This document shows, piece by piece, positions 20,042 to 30,192 of a stretch of 32,962 nucleotides of DNA. The stretch's first letter is position 1; each line of letters starts with the position of its first letter. Position numbers and translations under genes: made by a program. The stretch covers positions 1 through 32,962 of the forward strand of contig LT642210.1 of assembly GCA_900128585.1 (NCBI GenBank), read 5' to 3'. Below the pieces are notes generated by a model. The model searched no databases. It was not told where the DNA came from and was given only the letters and a program-made list of their open reading frames with translations. This DNA comes from Stramenopiles sp. TOSAG23-3 (lineage: Eukaryota).

Positions 20042-20912
20042 ATGGACGAGGAGGGGAAACAGTTTCATCAAGAAAATGACCTAACAAAATCGGTAGCGGC
20101 GGCAGCGGAATTGGGTGTAAGTACCCCGGAATTTTTACCCCTCTTGTCTTTCATTGCTGTCTAGCTGAAACCATGCGTAGCATGTTGATTACCGACAGAC
20201 GAACGCCTCCATCTGTTTTCATCTTCCAGCACCACGTACTGCCTATTTTACGCATGTAAATATCTAACATTACCTCTTGTTATTTTTGAAGGACATTACT
20301 AAAGTTGCTACTTTATTACGAAAACACGGCGAGCCTGTGAACGATCCTGGAGGCAGTCACAACGTTTCAGCATTGATATATGCTGCCGCAAATGGAAATG
20401 TTGATATGTTGTCCTTGCTTATAAGTTCTGGAGCTGATGCAAACTGCAGCGATGCCTTTAAGACCACACCCTTGCATTATTGCTGCAGGCTGGGGTTAAT
20501 TGACCTTGCATCCCGGTTAATTAACGAGGCTAACGCGTCCGTTGACAGACAAGATATTAATGGAGCAACGCCATTGCACCTTGCTGCACACTACGGACAT
20601 CTCGAAGCGGTACAAGTGCTTTTACTCGCGAATGCCGACCCAACGATAAAGAACGTATTCGAAAGAAAACCTTCAGATTTGTTGATAAATAGTATACGTC
20701 GGAGAGTGGGCCTCCTCTTTGACGGAACGGAAACGTTAGATGACATCGTTACTTTTTCTTTTTCGGAGGCATCGCTAAGGCTGCATTGCACGCAACAAGA
20801 CAGTAGAGTAGAGTTCGACGTCATATCGCATTTAGCGGATAATCCTTATTTACGAAACATGCAAATGGTGCTTAAGGAATTACAAATAGGGCTGTCAAAG
20901 TTGACCAAATAA
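20042..20912 (+). CDS. Two-exon ankyrin-repeat protein; exons 20042-20116 and 20292-20912, about 231 aa
   Basis: Splicing gives ...AAAAELG|DITKVATLL..., a complete first ankyrin repeat. Further repeats SALIYAAANGN, TPLHYCCRLG and TPLHLAAHYGH follow. Confidence 0.88.
20117..20291 (+). other. 175-nt spliceosomal intron
   Basis: GTAAGT donor at 20117, CTAAC at 20264-20268, pyrimidine tract and AAG acceptor ending at 20291; phase 0. Confidence 0.82.
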
Positions 20913-21091
20913 TTAAGTTATTATTATAAAAAATGTGAAACAAAATATATGCTGTTATATAAAATTAATTCATGCATCCATTCGGATTATGCATGGACAT
21001 CGCTGTCGTCAACTAAATTCAACTAAAATATGCAAAGATAAAAAAAACAAATTATATAGTATGTTTTAAATAATATTTTCATTCTATAAAT

Positions 21092-22159
21092 TTATGTAAC
21101 TTGCGGCCGGGTCAGCATAGCAGCTACACCAACTACAGCATCTTTCATATCAAAAAGGACAGGTTCAGAATTTGGTACAACGTAACCTTGCTTTCGTTTG
21201 CACTCAAGATCGCGTCTTGCGGTTACGAACGAAAAGTCAGAATCAGATTTTACACAGCCACTGGCCTCATCCTGGACTTCCTCCACCACGTGTAACAAGC
21301 CGCTCCGGACCAATCGTTTCCATGCATGCTGCACGCTTCCCATCTGCAAATCATCCACAACAATTCTTGCATTGCGGTTATCTTTGTTCAAGTACGCCGC
21401 TGCCCAAAACAGGTCCGATTGCGCAACCGTCTGTTCATGCCCCCCGTCTACAAAAAACAAATCCACATTTCCAAACACATTTGGACGTTTGTCTGCGTAT
21501 AAAGGTAGGGTCTCTAAAGAATTCCCAACAATTAATTGAAACCTGCCCGGAAAATGCGAGCGTAAATATTCGGCAGCAGGGAAAACGTACCCATGCTCTC
21601 CGAGATCAAAAGATATCACGCTGGCTTCAGGATTGGCAAACAGCCACAGGAGCGCAGAGTGCCCTAAATTGAAACCGCATTCTACAATGATGCGGGCATT
21701 TGTGGAGGTTGCCAATTTCATTTTCAGTTTCATCAGTTCCAAGTAATACAACGAGCCCCCTTCCGCGAATCGCAAGTCAAACCCCGCAGACTGAAGGTAT
21801 TCCGAGAGGTGGTTTACATGGTCTATGTACATTAAGAGGAGAGCATTCTGAACGCGATTGGACAGCAAATGTAGACATTTTTGTCGCTCGTTCTTTGCTA
21901 TCCCGGAACAAAACTCGTCGATCCCCGGTTTACTTTTACCAGTCTTGCTTGAAATGTTTAATGCCAGTATTGTGTCACCAACCCCCACTGAGATAGTTTT
22001 GTAGGCAGCAAAGAGGCGATCGGGGGCCGTGCAATTGCCCGTAGGGTAGGATTGCAACGATTTCTGCCCCAATGGGTCTACTTCTGTGAAAATGCTTCTT
22101 TTTGCAGAATAGGAGCCCCCAACCAACAATGCGGCAAGCAAGAAGTGAAGGTGCATCAT
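21092..22159 (-). CDS. Class I SAM-dependent methyltransferase (Methyltransf_24-like) with N-terminal signal peptide; alternative ATG at 22219
   Basis: Motif I IVECGFNLGHSA, then ISFDL, IVGNS, DLFFVDGGH and IVVDD; hydrophobic leader MMHLHFLLAALLVGGSYSA. Confidence 0.8.
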   Translation of the reverse strand: MMHLHFLLAALLVGGSYSAKRSIFTEVDPLGQKSLQSYPTGNCTAPDRLFAAYKTISVGVGDTILALNISSKTGKSKPGIDEFCSGIAKNERQKCLHLLSNRVQNALLLMYIDHVNHLSEYLQSAGFDLRFAEGGSLYYLELMKLKMKLATSTNARIIVECGFNLGHSALLWLFANPEASVISFDLGEHGYVFPAAEYLRSHFPGRFQLIVGNSLETLPLYADKRPNVFGNVDLFFVDGGHEQTVAQSDLFWAAAYLNKDNRNARIVVDDLQMGSVQHAWKRLVRSGLLHVVEEVQDEASGCVKSDSDFSFVTARRDLECKRKQGYVVPNSEPVLFDMKDAVVGVAAMLTRPQVT

Positions 22160-22496
22160 TTCGGTTTCTACGATGCGGCGAAGTAAGCGTTTACGCTGAT
22201 GTGCGTCTCTTGTTTTCATAACTAGACGTTTCAAATATTCCCTCGAAAAACATGGGGATCAAGGAGAAATCGAAACCCCACCAATATGCATCAACAAAAA
22301 ACGTTTTGTGAGTCACTCATATGGAGGTGTGGTGAGTCGTGAGAGAGTTGTTGGTGTATTATTTATCAATAATCAATAAAAATTAAGTGGATTTACCCTA
22401 AACTTAACACTATTTGTCAATGAGGAGGAGGAGGCAGGGGGCAGGGGTTAGAAAAATAGCGCTATTCGCTCGCGTTCCAAAAAACACAAGGAAAAA

Positions 22497-22563
22497 AACA
22501 GCCAATTTTCTTGTATTAAATATATCCTGATGATAAAAACAAGAAAATTGGCTGTTATTTAAG
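22497..22563. repeat. Dispersed repeat cluster 3: perfect 18-bp inverted repeat with a 24-nt spacer
   Basis: AACAGCCAATTTTCTTGT (22497-22514) pairs with ACAAGAAAATTGGCTGTT (22539-22556). Confidence 0.9.
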
Positions 22564-22749
22564 TGATAACAATAAATAGTATATTTATGGTTTGTAATAT
22601 TTAAAGCATTTTTATTTGTTTTTTTTCTAATGGTGTATCTTGTTTTGCCCTCTTTTGGAACTATGATATTTCCATGGGTTCCGGTCCCTTTCTTATGTAG
22701 AAACGCAAACGTTCCACGCAATTCTATAGACCTCCCCCCTTTTCAACTT

Positions 22750-24633
22750 TTACAAGGCATCGTCGTCGACCCTTTCATAAAAGAGCACGTACGCACTACG
22801 GCCATCTGCATTTTGAACTTCACTCTCAGACACATTGCTGTCGTTGAAAGAGAGCCATTTGCCATTCACCCAGTTCCTTGCGGTAGCTGTGTAGTGCCCA
22901 CCTCCTAGCCCCCCCATATGATTCGATACGGCAAAAAGTTGGTACTTCGATTCCAGATTCATATCTGGTGAGCCAGGAGACAAGTAGGATTTCAAATCTA
23001 AGTCTTTTGATGGAATGTTGACGTCCACGTCCAACTTGCTGCGTCGGTATTTTCCATGCTGAAACCGCTTCAAATGGAGAACGAGGACGCGGGGAAGTTT
23101 CCACAACTCGATTTTCTTGAAAGCTTGCTGCTGAGTCTTGCACTTTGGACACAACCATTCGTCTTTGCTGCCTAACTGCTCTTCAGAGGTAAACAGATTC
23201 AAGGCGTCTAGTAAATCGATGCTATGCGCCTTTTGAGAAAGCCTGTCTCCTCGCCGGGAGTTCTTGCCCCCCTCTGGCAAATTTAACGGGAGCGACAAGT
23301 ACATGAAAGGGTCGAAGGTTACCGAGACGTGATTGCACGATCTGTCTGCGCAACTTAGCCGGCTCTTGTACAACCCGTGGAATAAATCAACAATTATTGA
23401 ATTGTTCCGAGATATGTGGTAGTTCCAGGTCTCTTGGGCAATGAGAGCGTCTGGTCGACCGTCGTTCTCTTCTTGCTCTACGTATGGCTTAACTCGAACA
23501 CGATTCAGGTCCTCGTGAAGTCCATCGAGGAGAAAGGCCAACAATTCTTGAGAATCGTGCTGCCTCATGCCCACAAATTGGGGCGCAAACTTGGAAATGG
23601 TCTTCTTGAAACCCCTAGGTACAAAAGAACCCGTCCCCTTCGCCCACAACGAGGCTACCAAGGCCGCGTACTGGTTTGCAATTTCTCCGTTCATCCCAAG
23701 AGGGTTCTCCGTGTTTATATCCGCTATGTAATGGTTTCCAAGAAAAAACTTTGTCAACTCCTTCGTGTTGCTGAGGCATTGCAGGGCAGAGTTCATGAAG
23801 CACGTGTTTCCGATGTTTTGAAGGCCTACCTGGCCGGCGCCTCGCACGAGCTGGTTAATATTGGGCATGACGAGCGACGCATTGCCACTCTCGTCCCCTT
23901 CTTTCGCGGTCCCCCGAAAAGAATTAGAGGGTCCGGATGACGAGCTTTGTCTAATTTTTCCGTTGTTGTCAATGTAACTGCCTTCGCTACGATTATTATT
24001 GTTGCCGCCTCTGCCCTTTGAATTTCTGGTGCCGTCGCCCATCGCTCTACCGTTGTCTATGTTCTGGTTATAAGATCTTCGCCGGCCCCCTTCCCTGCTC
24101 CCAAGACTGCCCCCTTCCAAATTCACCCTGTGGGAAGGCCTACCGCCCGCTCCGCCGTCTTTGCTTCTACGAGACGAGTTTCTTGTTGCACGGCCAGACA
24201 GGCTGTGCTTCTTGTAATTCGTCTGTAAGTCAGCATCTAACGCAGCGGACGCCCCGGATCCGAAGCTTGCTATTTGAGACCTTCTGCCACTTGAGTCTGT
24301 ATTTTTCGTGCCTCTACCCCTATTATTCTGTGGAAGGGCTGCCGATTTTCCCGTTCTTTTGTCCAACGACATGTTTCCGAGACTTTCCTCAACCAAGTCA
24401 AAGGCAGCCCCAGCTGTCGAGGACAAAAGGCGTGACCTCACACCACCTTCGGACTCGGGAACGGTAAGAGAAACCCGGCCGTGACTATTATCAGTCGTAG
24501 GCGACGTTCCTTGTACCGAAGATTTCCCCGCGTTGGCCCGCGAACGACGCCTTTGCTCTCTATCACTGGCAATGGGCGTCCCGCCTTTCCGGCCGCCGGC
24601 CTTTCTATCAGCATAGCCGTTGTAAAACGACAT
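22750..24633 (-). CDS. Ubiquitin carboxyl-terminal hydrolase (peptidase C19, USP4/8/11/15-like), 627 aa, with a disordered N-terminal half
   Basis: Cys box GLQNIGNTCFMNSALQCL, QHDSQELLAFLLDGLHEDLNR, LHLKRF, His box NHMGGLGGGHY, FNDS and AYVLFY. Confidence 0.95.
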   Translation of the reverse strand: MSFYNGYADRKAGGRKGGTPIASDREQRRRSRANAGKSSVQGTSPTTDNSHGRVSLTVPESEGGVRSRLLSSTAGAAFDLVEESLGNMSLDKRTGKSAALPQNNRGRGTKNTDSSGRRSQIASFGSGASAALDADLQTNYKKHSLSGRATRNSSRRSKDGGAGGRPSHRVNLEGGSLGSREGGRRRSYNQNIDNGRAMGDGTRNSKGRGGNNNNRSEGSYIDNNGKIRQSSSSGPSNSFRGTAKEGDESGNASLVMPNINQLVRGAGQVGLQNIGNTCFMNSALQCLSNTKELTKFFLGNHYIADINTENPLGMNGEIANQYAALVASLWAKGTGSFVPRGFKKTISKFAPQFVGMRQHDSQELLAFLLDGLHEDLNRVRVKPYVEQEENDGRPDALIAQETWNYHISRNNSIIVDLFHGLYKSRLSCADRSCNHVSVTFDPFMYLSLPLNLPEGGKNSRRGDRLSQKAHSIDLLDALNLFTSEEQLGSKDEWLCPKCKTQQQAFKKIELWKLPRVLVLHLKRFQHGKYRRSKLDVDVNIPSKDLDLKSYLSPGSPDMNLESKYQLFAVSNHMGGLGGGHYTATARNWVNGKWLSFNDSNVSESEVQNADGRSAYVLFYERVDDDAL

Positions 24634-25767
24634 GGTCTAACCAGCCAAGCTAGGCTCTTCAGAAACGACGAGCGAACCCTTGGTTGAAAGCTATCTTTCA
24701 CTCCCTCTTTCAAAACAATACTCTTCGTAAAGGCAAACAAACAAAGTTGTGCAACGCAATCAACGAACGTTTTCAATAATTTTTATTTGTTTGTTAAATG
24801 TTTCATACGAAGAATGAAGGTCGTAGATTAATAATTAATATATTATTACTTCTTATTGATATTTTTTCCAACTGTGGTGTGATTTTTTTTTAATTATTAT
24901 TAATTACAACATACAATAATAATAATAATAGAGGAGTAGTAGAAGAATACATTAAAGATGATCTTTTTTTGTTCTTCTAATAATAATAAAATAAATAATA
25001 TTCTTTCCCCTTCTCCATACTTAACTAAGACGAATATAGTATACTCTTATATAGAACGACTACGAGGACTCCTCGTTTTAATTGCCTCTCATACTCTCAT
25101 ATCTCAAAATTGGTTGTCGTTATTTTTATTTTTTATTTTTAAGGTATTTAGTAGGGACTTGTTTTCCTTCCTCCTACAGTTAGTTAGCTACGAGGGTAGA
25201 CACTATTATTAAATTAAAATAAATAAATAAATAGCACTTGTCGTTACATTCCATTCTAAATTACTATTATATCAATACTACGGTACGTATACTATATCTC
25301 TTATTGACTCCTCATATAATAGTAGTGCTATAAATAAATTTATTACGAAACCATAGCTTCTATTCTACGTCCTCGTTAGCAGGGCTTACAGGGCACAACT
25401 TAACAATGAAAAAAAAAAAAAGTGCGCTTCTTCTTTCTTCTCTTTCTTCTGAATTTCTCTCTTCTCTCTCTCAAAAAAAGAAAGTATTAATAGTTAGTCA
25501 GTGTTCACTACGGTAGGTACTGGTACGATAAAATATGAATAGAAAAACACCACAATAATATATATTAGTACTACTCTTTCACCGATATTACTACATAATT
25601 TAACTGTATAATAGTAATTTATTCATTGATAATTATTGCATTGCATGCGTTCAATTAGTATACATGGATAAGGGAGAGGTGAGGAAACGAACGATCGATT
25701 TTCAATAGATCATCTCAGGTTTCTCATACTATTTATACATAGACACGGTGCCCGGAGAACTGTACAA

Positions 25768-28700
25768 ATGTCCGGTTACACCATAGCAGACATAGAAAGG
25801 TCGGTGATCAAGGGTGATAACGATGATTTCAAAGCCATCATCAATGAATTGTCGAGGAGCAAATCGCCAGTGTCGCCGGCGCAGGGTCCCAGCAGCATAG
25901 ACTATTTCAAGCTGACGCCGTTGCATTTGGCTGCTGGACTCGGACACACTGGTGTTGTGAAAACGATTTTCGATTTTGAGTTTGTGGCGTTACCTGGGGT
26001 AGATCTGGGGTGTTCGACATCCTCTGATGTCAATGCGAGGACCCCGCTTCACCATGCTGCATCATGCAAGAATTCGTCTCCTACGCTTCGGCTTTTGGTA
26101 GAGCACGGCTGTGACGTCAACAAGCAGGACTCCATGGGCCGAACGCCCGCTCATGTTGCGATGTACACCGGAAGAAACGAAAACATACAGGAGCTCCTTT
26201 CTGATGATAATCTTAAATCGTACTCTGAGAACGTAGTGGACAAGGCTGGGGTTTCCCTGTTTGCGCTGGCAATTCGGTGCGGAAAATTCGACATTGCGGA
26301 AAAGTTGTACACCCTCTGGAACTGCAATGCAAAGGCCTTTTCCGTCGATTCGAAAAGCGGGGAGGAAGAATCGAAGGGGGGATCAAAAGAAAAGACAGGT
26401 AAGTGCGCAGATTGGGAAAAGGATCCAGCGGTCGTTTTTGAAGAGTTGGTTGTGGCTGCGCCTTTTGCCACCCGTCCGGGCGAAGAGAGTCCGTTTTTAA
26501 GGATGTTTTCCAATTTTGTCGGCATGGTGCGCGACAATCTACATCTTGACGAAGACGAATTGTTATTTTCGTGCGGCCGGGGCCTTTTTGAACGTTTGTA
26601 CACAAGCCTTTTGATGACGCCAACGAAAAATTTGTCCTCGGAGGGGGTCGATCGTGGCGCCACTTTGTTCCGCACATGCCTTGGCATTGTCCAGAAATTC
26701 GGCCTTGTTCTCGATGCCTTCTCGTTCACTAATGGTTATAAATGGAAGGTCGAGTGTATGATTTGCCACGAGCGCCTGTCTCTATCCGATTCGATCAAGT
26801 ACCACAGGGGGCATACCTGTTTGTCCTATGGAGCGATGGAGGGTAATACAAAAGCTTGCGTGGCATTTTTGGATTTTGTGGACGCCTTTCCGTATGCTTC
26901 AAGTGATGATGAAATGGAACTGAAAGACAAGAAACGGGACCCAATAAGGTGGGCCGCAAAGTTTGGTCATTTGGAGACTGTGAAAACGTTATTGGAGCAC
27001 GATCTCTTTCAAAGCTATGATGGGTCTTTCAGTTTAAGGGCGGCTGCTACTCATGGCCATGTAGAAATAGTTGAATTTTTGCTATCCTCATCGTTGGCGG
27101 ACACGAAATCCGTTGGTCCTGCTCTGCTGGCCGTCTCTTCCGTGCGCAGCGGTGAGGTCGCTAAGGACGAACGCGCGCTTCAAATTAAATCCCTCTTGCT
27201 GGAAGCTTTCGACGTTAGCGCTGAAAGTGATGACACTGTTGCACAAATTTTGTTTGCGTTGATGTCAGCACATTCCACGTGCTCTCCGGAAAACATTTTG
27301 CAAATATTAACCTACACAGGTAAATGCAAGCCCCAAATGTTACGGTCCTGCAGTTTGGAGTTGCTGTCCATTGCTGCTAGAAGCAACCGCCTGGTGCTTG
27401 GGATGCCCAGCATACTTTTAAAGAACACTGGCCGTTTGCCCTTGCGTTACGATAGTCGCGGCTGCCTGCCTATACACTACGTTGCCGCTTCAGGGAACGC
27501 GGACCTTTTGTTTGAGCTAAGAGAAGCGTACAAAGTCGCCGATTCCAGTTTATCCCCCTTTCTATGTCCTATGAAACCAATAGACGGCGTCGCTGACAGA
27601 AAATTTAACGCACAGAACGCTTTGGAGATTTTAGCATTCTCGGGAAATGTTACCGTGCTTCGGCAAATTTTCTCGGGCCTTGGGCTGACAGACTGCCTTT
27701 CCACAGCTCAGCAAAGTTCTCTGTGTGCCCAGGCCGGTCGAGGAGGCTTTAAGGATGTAGTAACGCTTGTAGTAGCGCAATTCCCCGCCTCCGTGGGGCA
27801 CGCATATGACGCCGCCGCACTGGAAGGTCATTTTGGTTGCGTTACGGCGTTGCAAAATGAAGGGTACCTCCATTTGTTGGAACGGCAGACGGGAAGGCGG
27901 TTTGGGTCACACCGGTGGTCGTTGCTGCACCTTTGCGCATTCTTTGGGGATATCGAGTTAGCGCATCGTTTGCTTTCTTCATGCACCCCGGGACGCCTAA
28001 AATCATTCACGAACATGCGTGACTCAGCCGGATACACTCCTCTGCTGATTGCGAAGGCGTTTGGTTCGCAAAAAATGGTTCACTTGCTGACTGGGTTAGA
28101 AAGTACTGATATGCAAAGCAAATCCCACAAGATCTCCATGCTGTGGAAATACATTACCCATACTAGTGAACGACCCAAGCCTAACTTGCCTAACCCTGCT
28201 TACTGCGGCATCCGGTTCAGTTACGAGCCTGACGAAGAATGTTTGCATGGAAAGGTGCTGAAGTACCATCCCCCAATCGATACTCACGACGGCAGTGGAC
28301 TGTTCGAGGTTGAGTGCCCGAATTACGAGAGAGAGGCGATAGAAACTAAGCTGTTGACCAAAAAAGATTTGTTTCGAATCCTTGATGCTCACCCGTATTT
28401 CGAGTATGAGGTTTATTGGCATTACTTTGAAACATTAGATGATAGCACACCATCGGTTGGGGATGCGAACGACCCAAATTTACCAGACGACCCTGTCTCA
28501 AATACTGAAGGGTACGACAAAGTTCACCTGTTGAACCAGGCCAGGTTGGCAAGAAGGTCTAGTAAAGCATCGATGTGGAAAGAGCAAATAATTGACGGGG
28601 TTTCTATGGACGATTTAGGGAACAACGCTTGGCTCAAAACTTGCCAAGAATTGTCAGTAGACACTTTACAGGAGTTTGGGGACGGCGAGTTTTTGCAGGA

Positions 28701-29511
28701 ATGGAATTTCAGGCACACGTCCCTGTTGCACTTTTCTGCGAGGAGGGGGGCTACGGGATTAATCAGGGCATTGATTAGGGGCGGCGATCCTGTAAATCTC
28801 CCAGACACGAAACAGGAAGTCACGCCGTTGATGTACGCCCTCTGTTACGAACAAGTTGACAGCGTGCAGGCTTTGCTTGAAGGTGGCGCGGACCCTTTTC
28901 TGTCATGCCCGTTGCCTGGAATTTCCGATGACATTTCGCCACTCAAATGCGCAACAGAAACCAAGAATGCTGACTTAAAACAATTGATTGAAAGTGCAAT
29001 ATCGGAAAACAAAAAATCCAACGCATTGCGTCAAGAAAAACTAAAAGAGTCAAAAGAACGCCACAGAAAGTCTAAAGAAAATTTGAAGTGTCGATTGTTG
29101 CCAACGTCGAGACAAGTGCCAGTGACCGCCGACGCCCCTTTTCTCAATAAGGTGGGCGTTTTGCCCCGCTTGCAGTCCCAGCCACGCCCACCGCCACGCG
29201 GGCCACCACCCATCGTCTTGAGAGGCATAGGCTCTGCCATCGCAAGTACAACTCATGTACAGGGAAGACAACCGCCACGTCCTATGGGCAAACCGCCACC
29301 AAAATTTCAAGGTGGTCGGCCGTCTCGACCGCCCCCGCGCCCTCCCCCAGGACGACCTCCGATAAAAACCAACATTCAGTCGCCGTTGGTGCAACGGACT
29401 GCGTCTTCCATTAGACCCAGAATAGGCAGTAGACCCGGGCTACACCAAAATGGAATGTCTAACCGGCTTGCGAAGATATCGTTGAAAGGGCTCCCAAATT
29501 TAAAGAAATGA
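25768..29511 (+). CDS. Large ankyrin-repeat protein with a proline-rich C-terminus, 1247 aa
   Basis: Many ankyrin motifs (TPLHLAAGLGH, TPLHHAA, PIRWAAKFGH, AAATHGH, PIHYVAASGN, TPLLIA, TPLMYAL); C-terminal PRPPPRGPPP and PPPRPPPGRPP. Confidence 0.9.
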   Translation: MSGYTIADIERSVIKGDNDDFKAIINELSRSKSPVSPAQGPSSIDYFKLTPLHLAAGLGHTGVVKTIFDFEFVALPGVDLGCSTSSDVNARTPLHHAASCKNSSPTLRLLVEHGCDVNKQDSMGRTPAHVAMYTGRNENIQELLSDDNLKSYSENVVDKAGVSLFALAIRCGKFDIAEKLYTLWNCNAKAFSVDSKSGEEESKGGSKEKTGKCADWEKDPAVVFEELVVAAPFATRPGEESPFLRMFSNFVGMVRDNLHLDEDELLFSCGRGLFERLYTSLLMTPTKNLSSEGVDRGATLFRTCLGIVQKFGLVLDAFSFTNGYKWKVECMICHERLSLSDSIKYHRGHTCLSYGAMEGNTKACVAFLDFVDAFPYASSDDEMELKDKKRDPIRWAAKFGHLETVKTLLEHDLFQSYDGSFSLRAAATHGHVEIVEFLLSSSLADTKSVGPALLAVSSVRSGEVAKDERALQIKSLLLEAFDVSAESDDTVAQILFALMSAHSTCSPENILQILTYTGKCKPQMLRSCSLELLSIAARSNRLVLGMPSILLKNTGRLPLRYDSRGCLPIHYVAASGNADLLFELREAYKVADSSLSPFLCPMKPIDGVADRKFNAQNALEILAFSGNVTVLRQIFSGLGLTDCLSTAQQSSLCAQAGRGGFKDVVTLVVAQFPASVGHAYDAAALEGHFGCVTALQNEGYLHLLERQTGRRFGSHRWSLLHLCAFFGDIELAHRLLSSCTPGRLKSFTNMRDSAGYTPLLIAKAFGSQKMVHLLTGLESTDMQSKSHKISMLWKYITHTSERPKPNLPNPAYCGIRFSYEPDEECLHGKVLKYHPPIDTHDGSGLFEVECPNYEREAIETKLLTKKDLFRILDAHPYFEYEVYWHYFETLDDSTPSVGDANDPNLPDDPVSNTEGYDKVHLLNQARLARRSSKASMWKEQIIDGVSMDDLGNNAWLKTCQELSVDTLQEFGDGEFLQEWNFRHTSLLHFSARRGATGLIRALIRGGDPVNLPDTKQEVTPLMYALCYEQVDSVQALLEGGADPFLSCPLPGISDDISPLKCATETKNADLKQLIESAISENKKSNALRQEKLKESKERHRKSKENLKCRLLPTSRQVPVTADAPFLNKVGVLPRLQSQPRPPPRGPPPIVLRGIGSAIASTTHVQGRQPPRPMGKPPPKFQGGRPSRPPPRPPPGRPPIKTNIQSPLVQRTASSIRPRIGSRPGLHQNGMSNRLAKISLKGLPNLKK

Positions 29512-29774
29512 AAATTTAAAAAAAAAACTAATATATTCTAGATTTAACTAAATTGACTGTCATGTGAAAAAACAATTATGTAATAGTATGTTTTAAGACG
29601 CTCTCTTTTTATCAATATTTTTTCCCCCCCACATTTATGGTTCTTTTTTCGTTGTTTGAGACTATATGTGACATCGTACTTCGTTTTAAAAGAATAAACC
29701 ACAAGAGCAAAAATAAGTTCAAAATTTAGAGTTCAGTTCGCAGTACATTAAGTTTAATTATCATACCTAAATAT

Positions 29775-29908
29775 AATAACAGCCAATTTTCTTGTTTTAA
29801 AAAAGAATAAAAACACTTAAAAAACAAAAAAAATATAGAGTATGATAGCCAATTTTCTTGTTTTTAAAAACAAAATAATGGCTGTTACACTCAATGGCTG
29901 TTACACTC
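29775..29908. repeat. Dispersed repeat cluster 4 (copies at 29775-29800 and 29847-29865, plus tandem AATGGCTGTTACACTC x2 at 29877-29908)
   Basis: 29775-29800 is the exact 26-nt reverse complement of 122-147. Confidence 0.88.
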
Positions 29909-30192
29909 TTGTAATATATGAATGTAACAGCATTTAAAAGTAACTTTTGAATAGAAGAATTCTACACAAGAGTATAAAAAGTTTTTTTCTTTAATATACT
30001 CCGTACACAAATAGAAGTGTGTAGTGCAGCAACAAATTGACGGAAGAGAGATTCCCATAAGGTTCCATTACAGGGGTGTCAGAAAAAACAAATTATTAGG
30101 GGTGTTAGATAAGCTAAAAATGGCATGTTTCGTAATTAAGATAAAAGATGTTAATTTAAAAAATCGTCGGCCGCCGCCGCTGCTGGGCGCGC

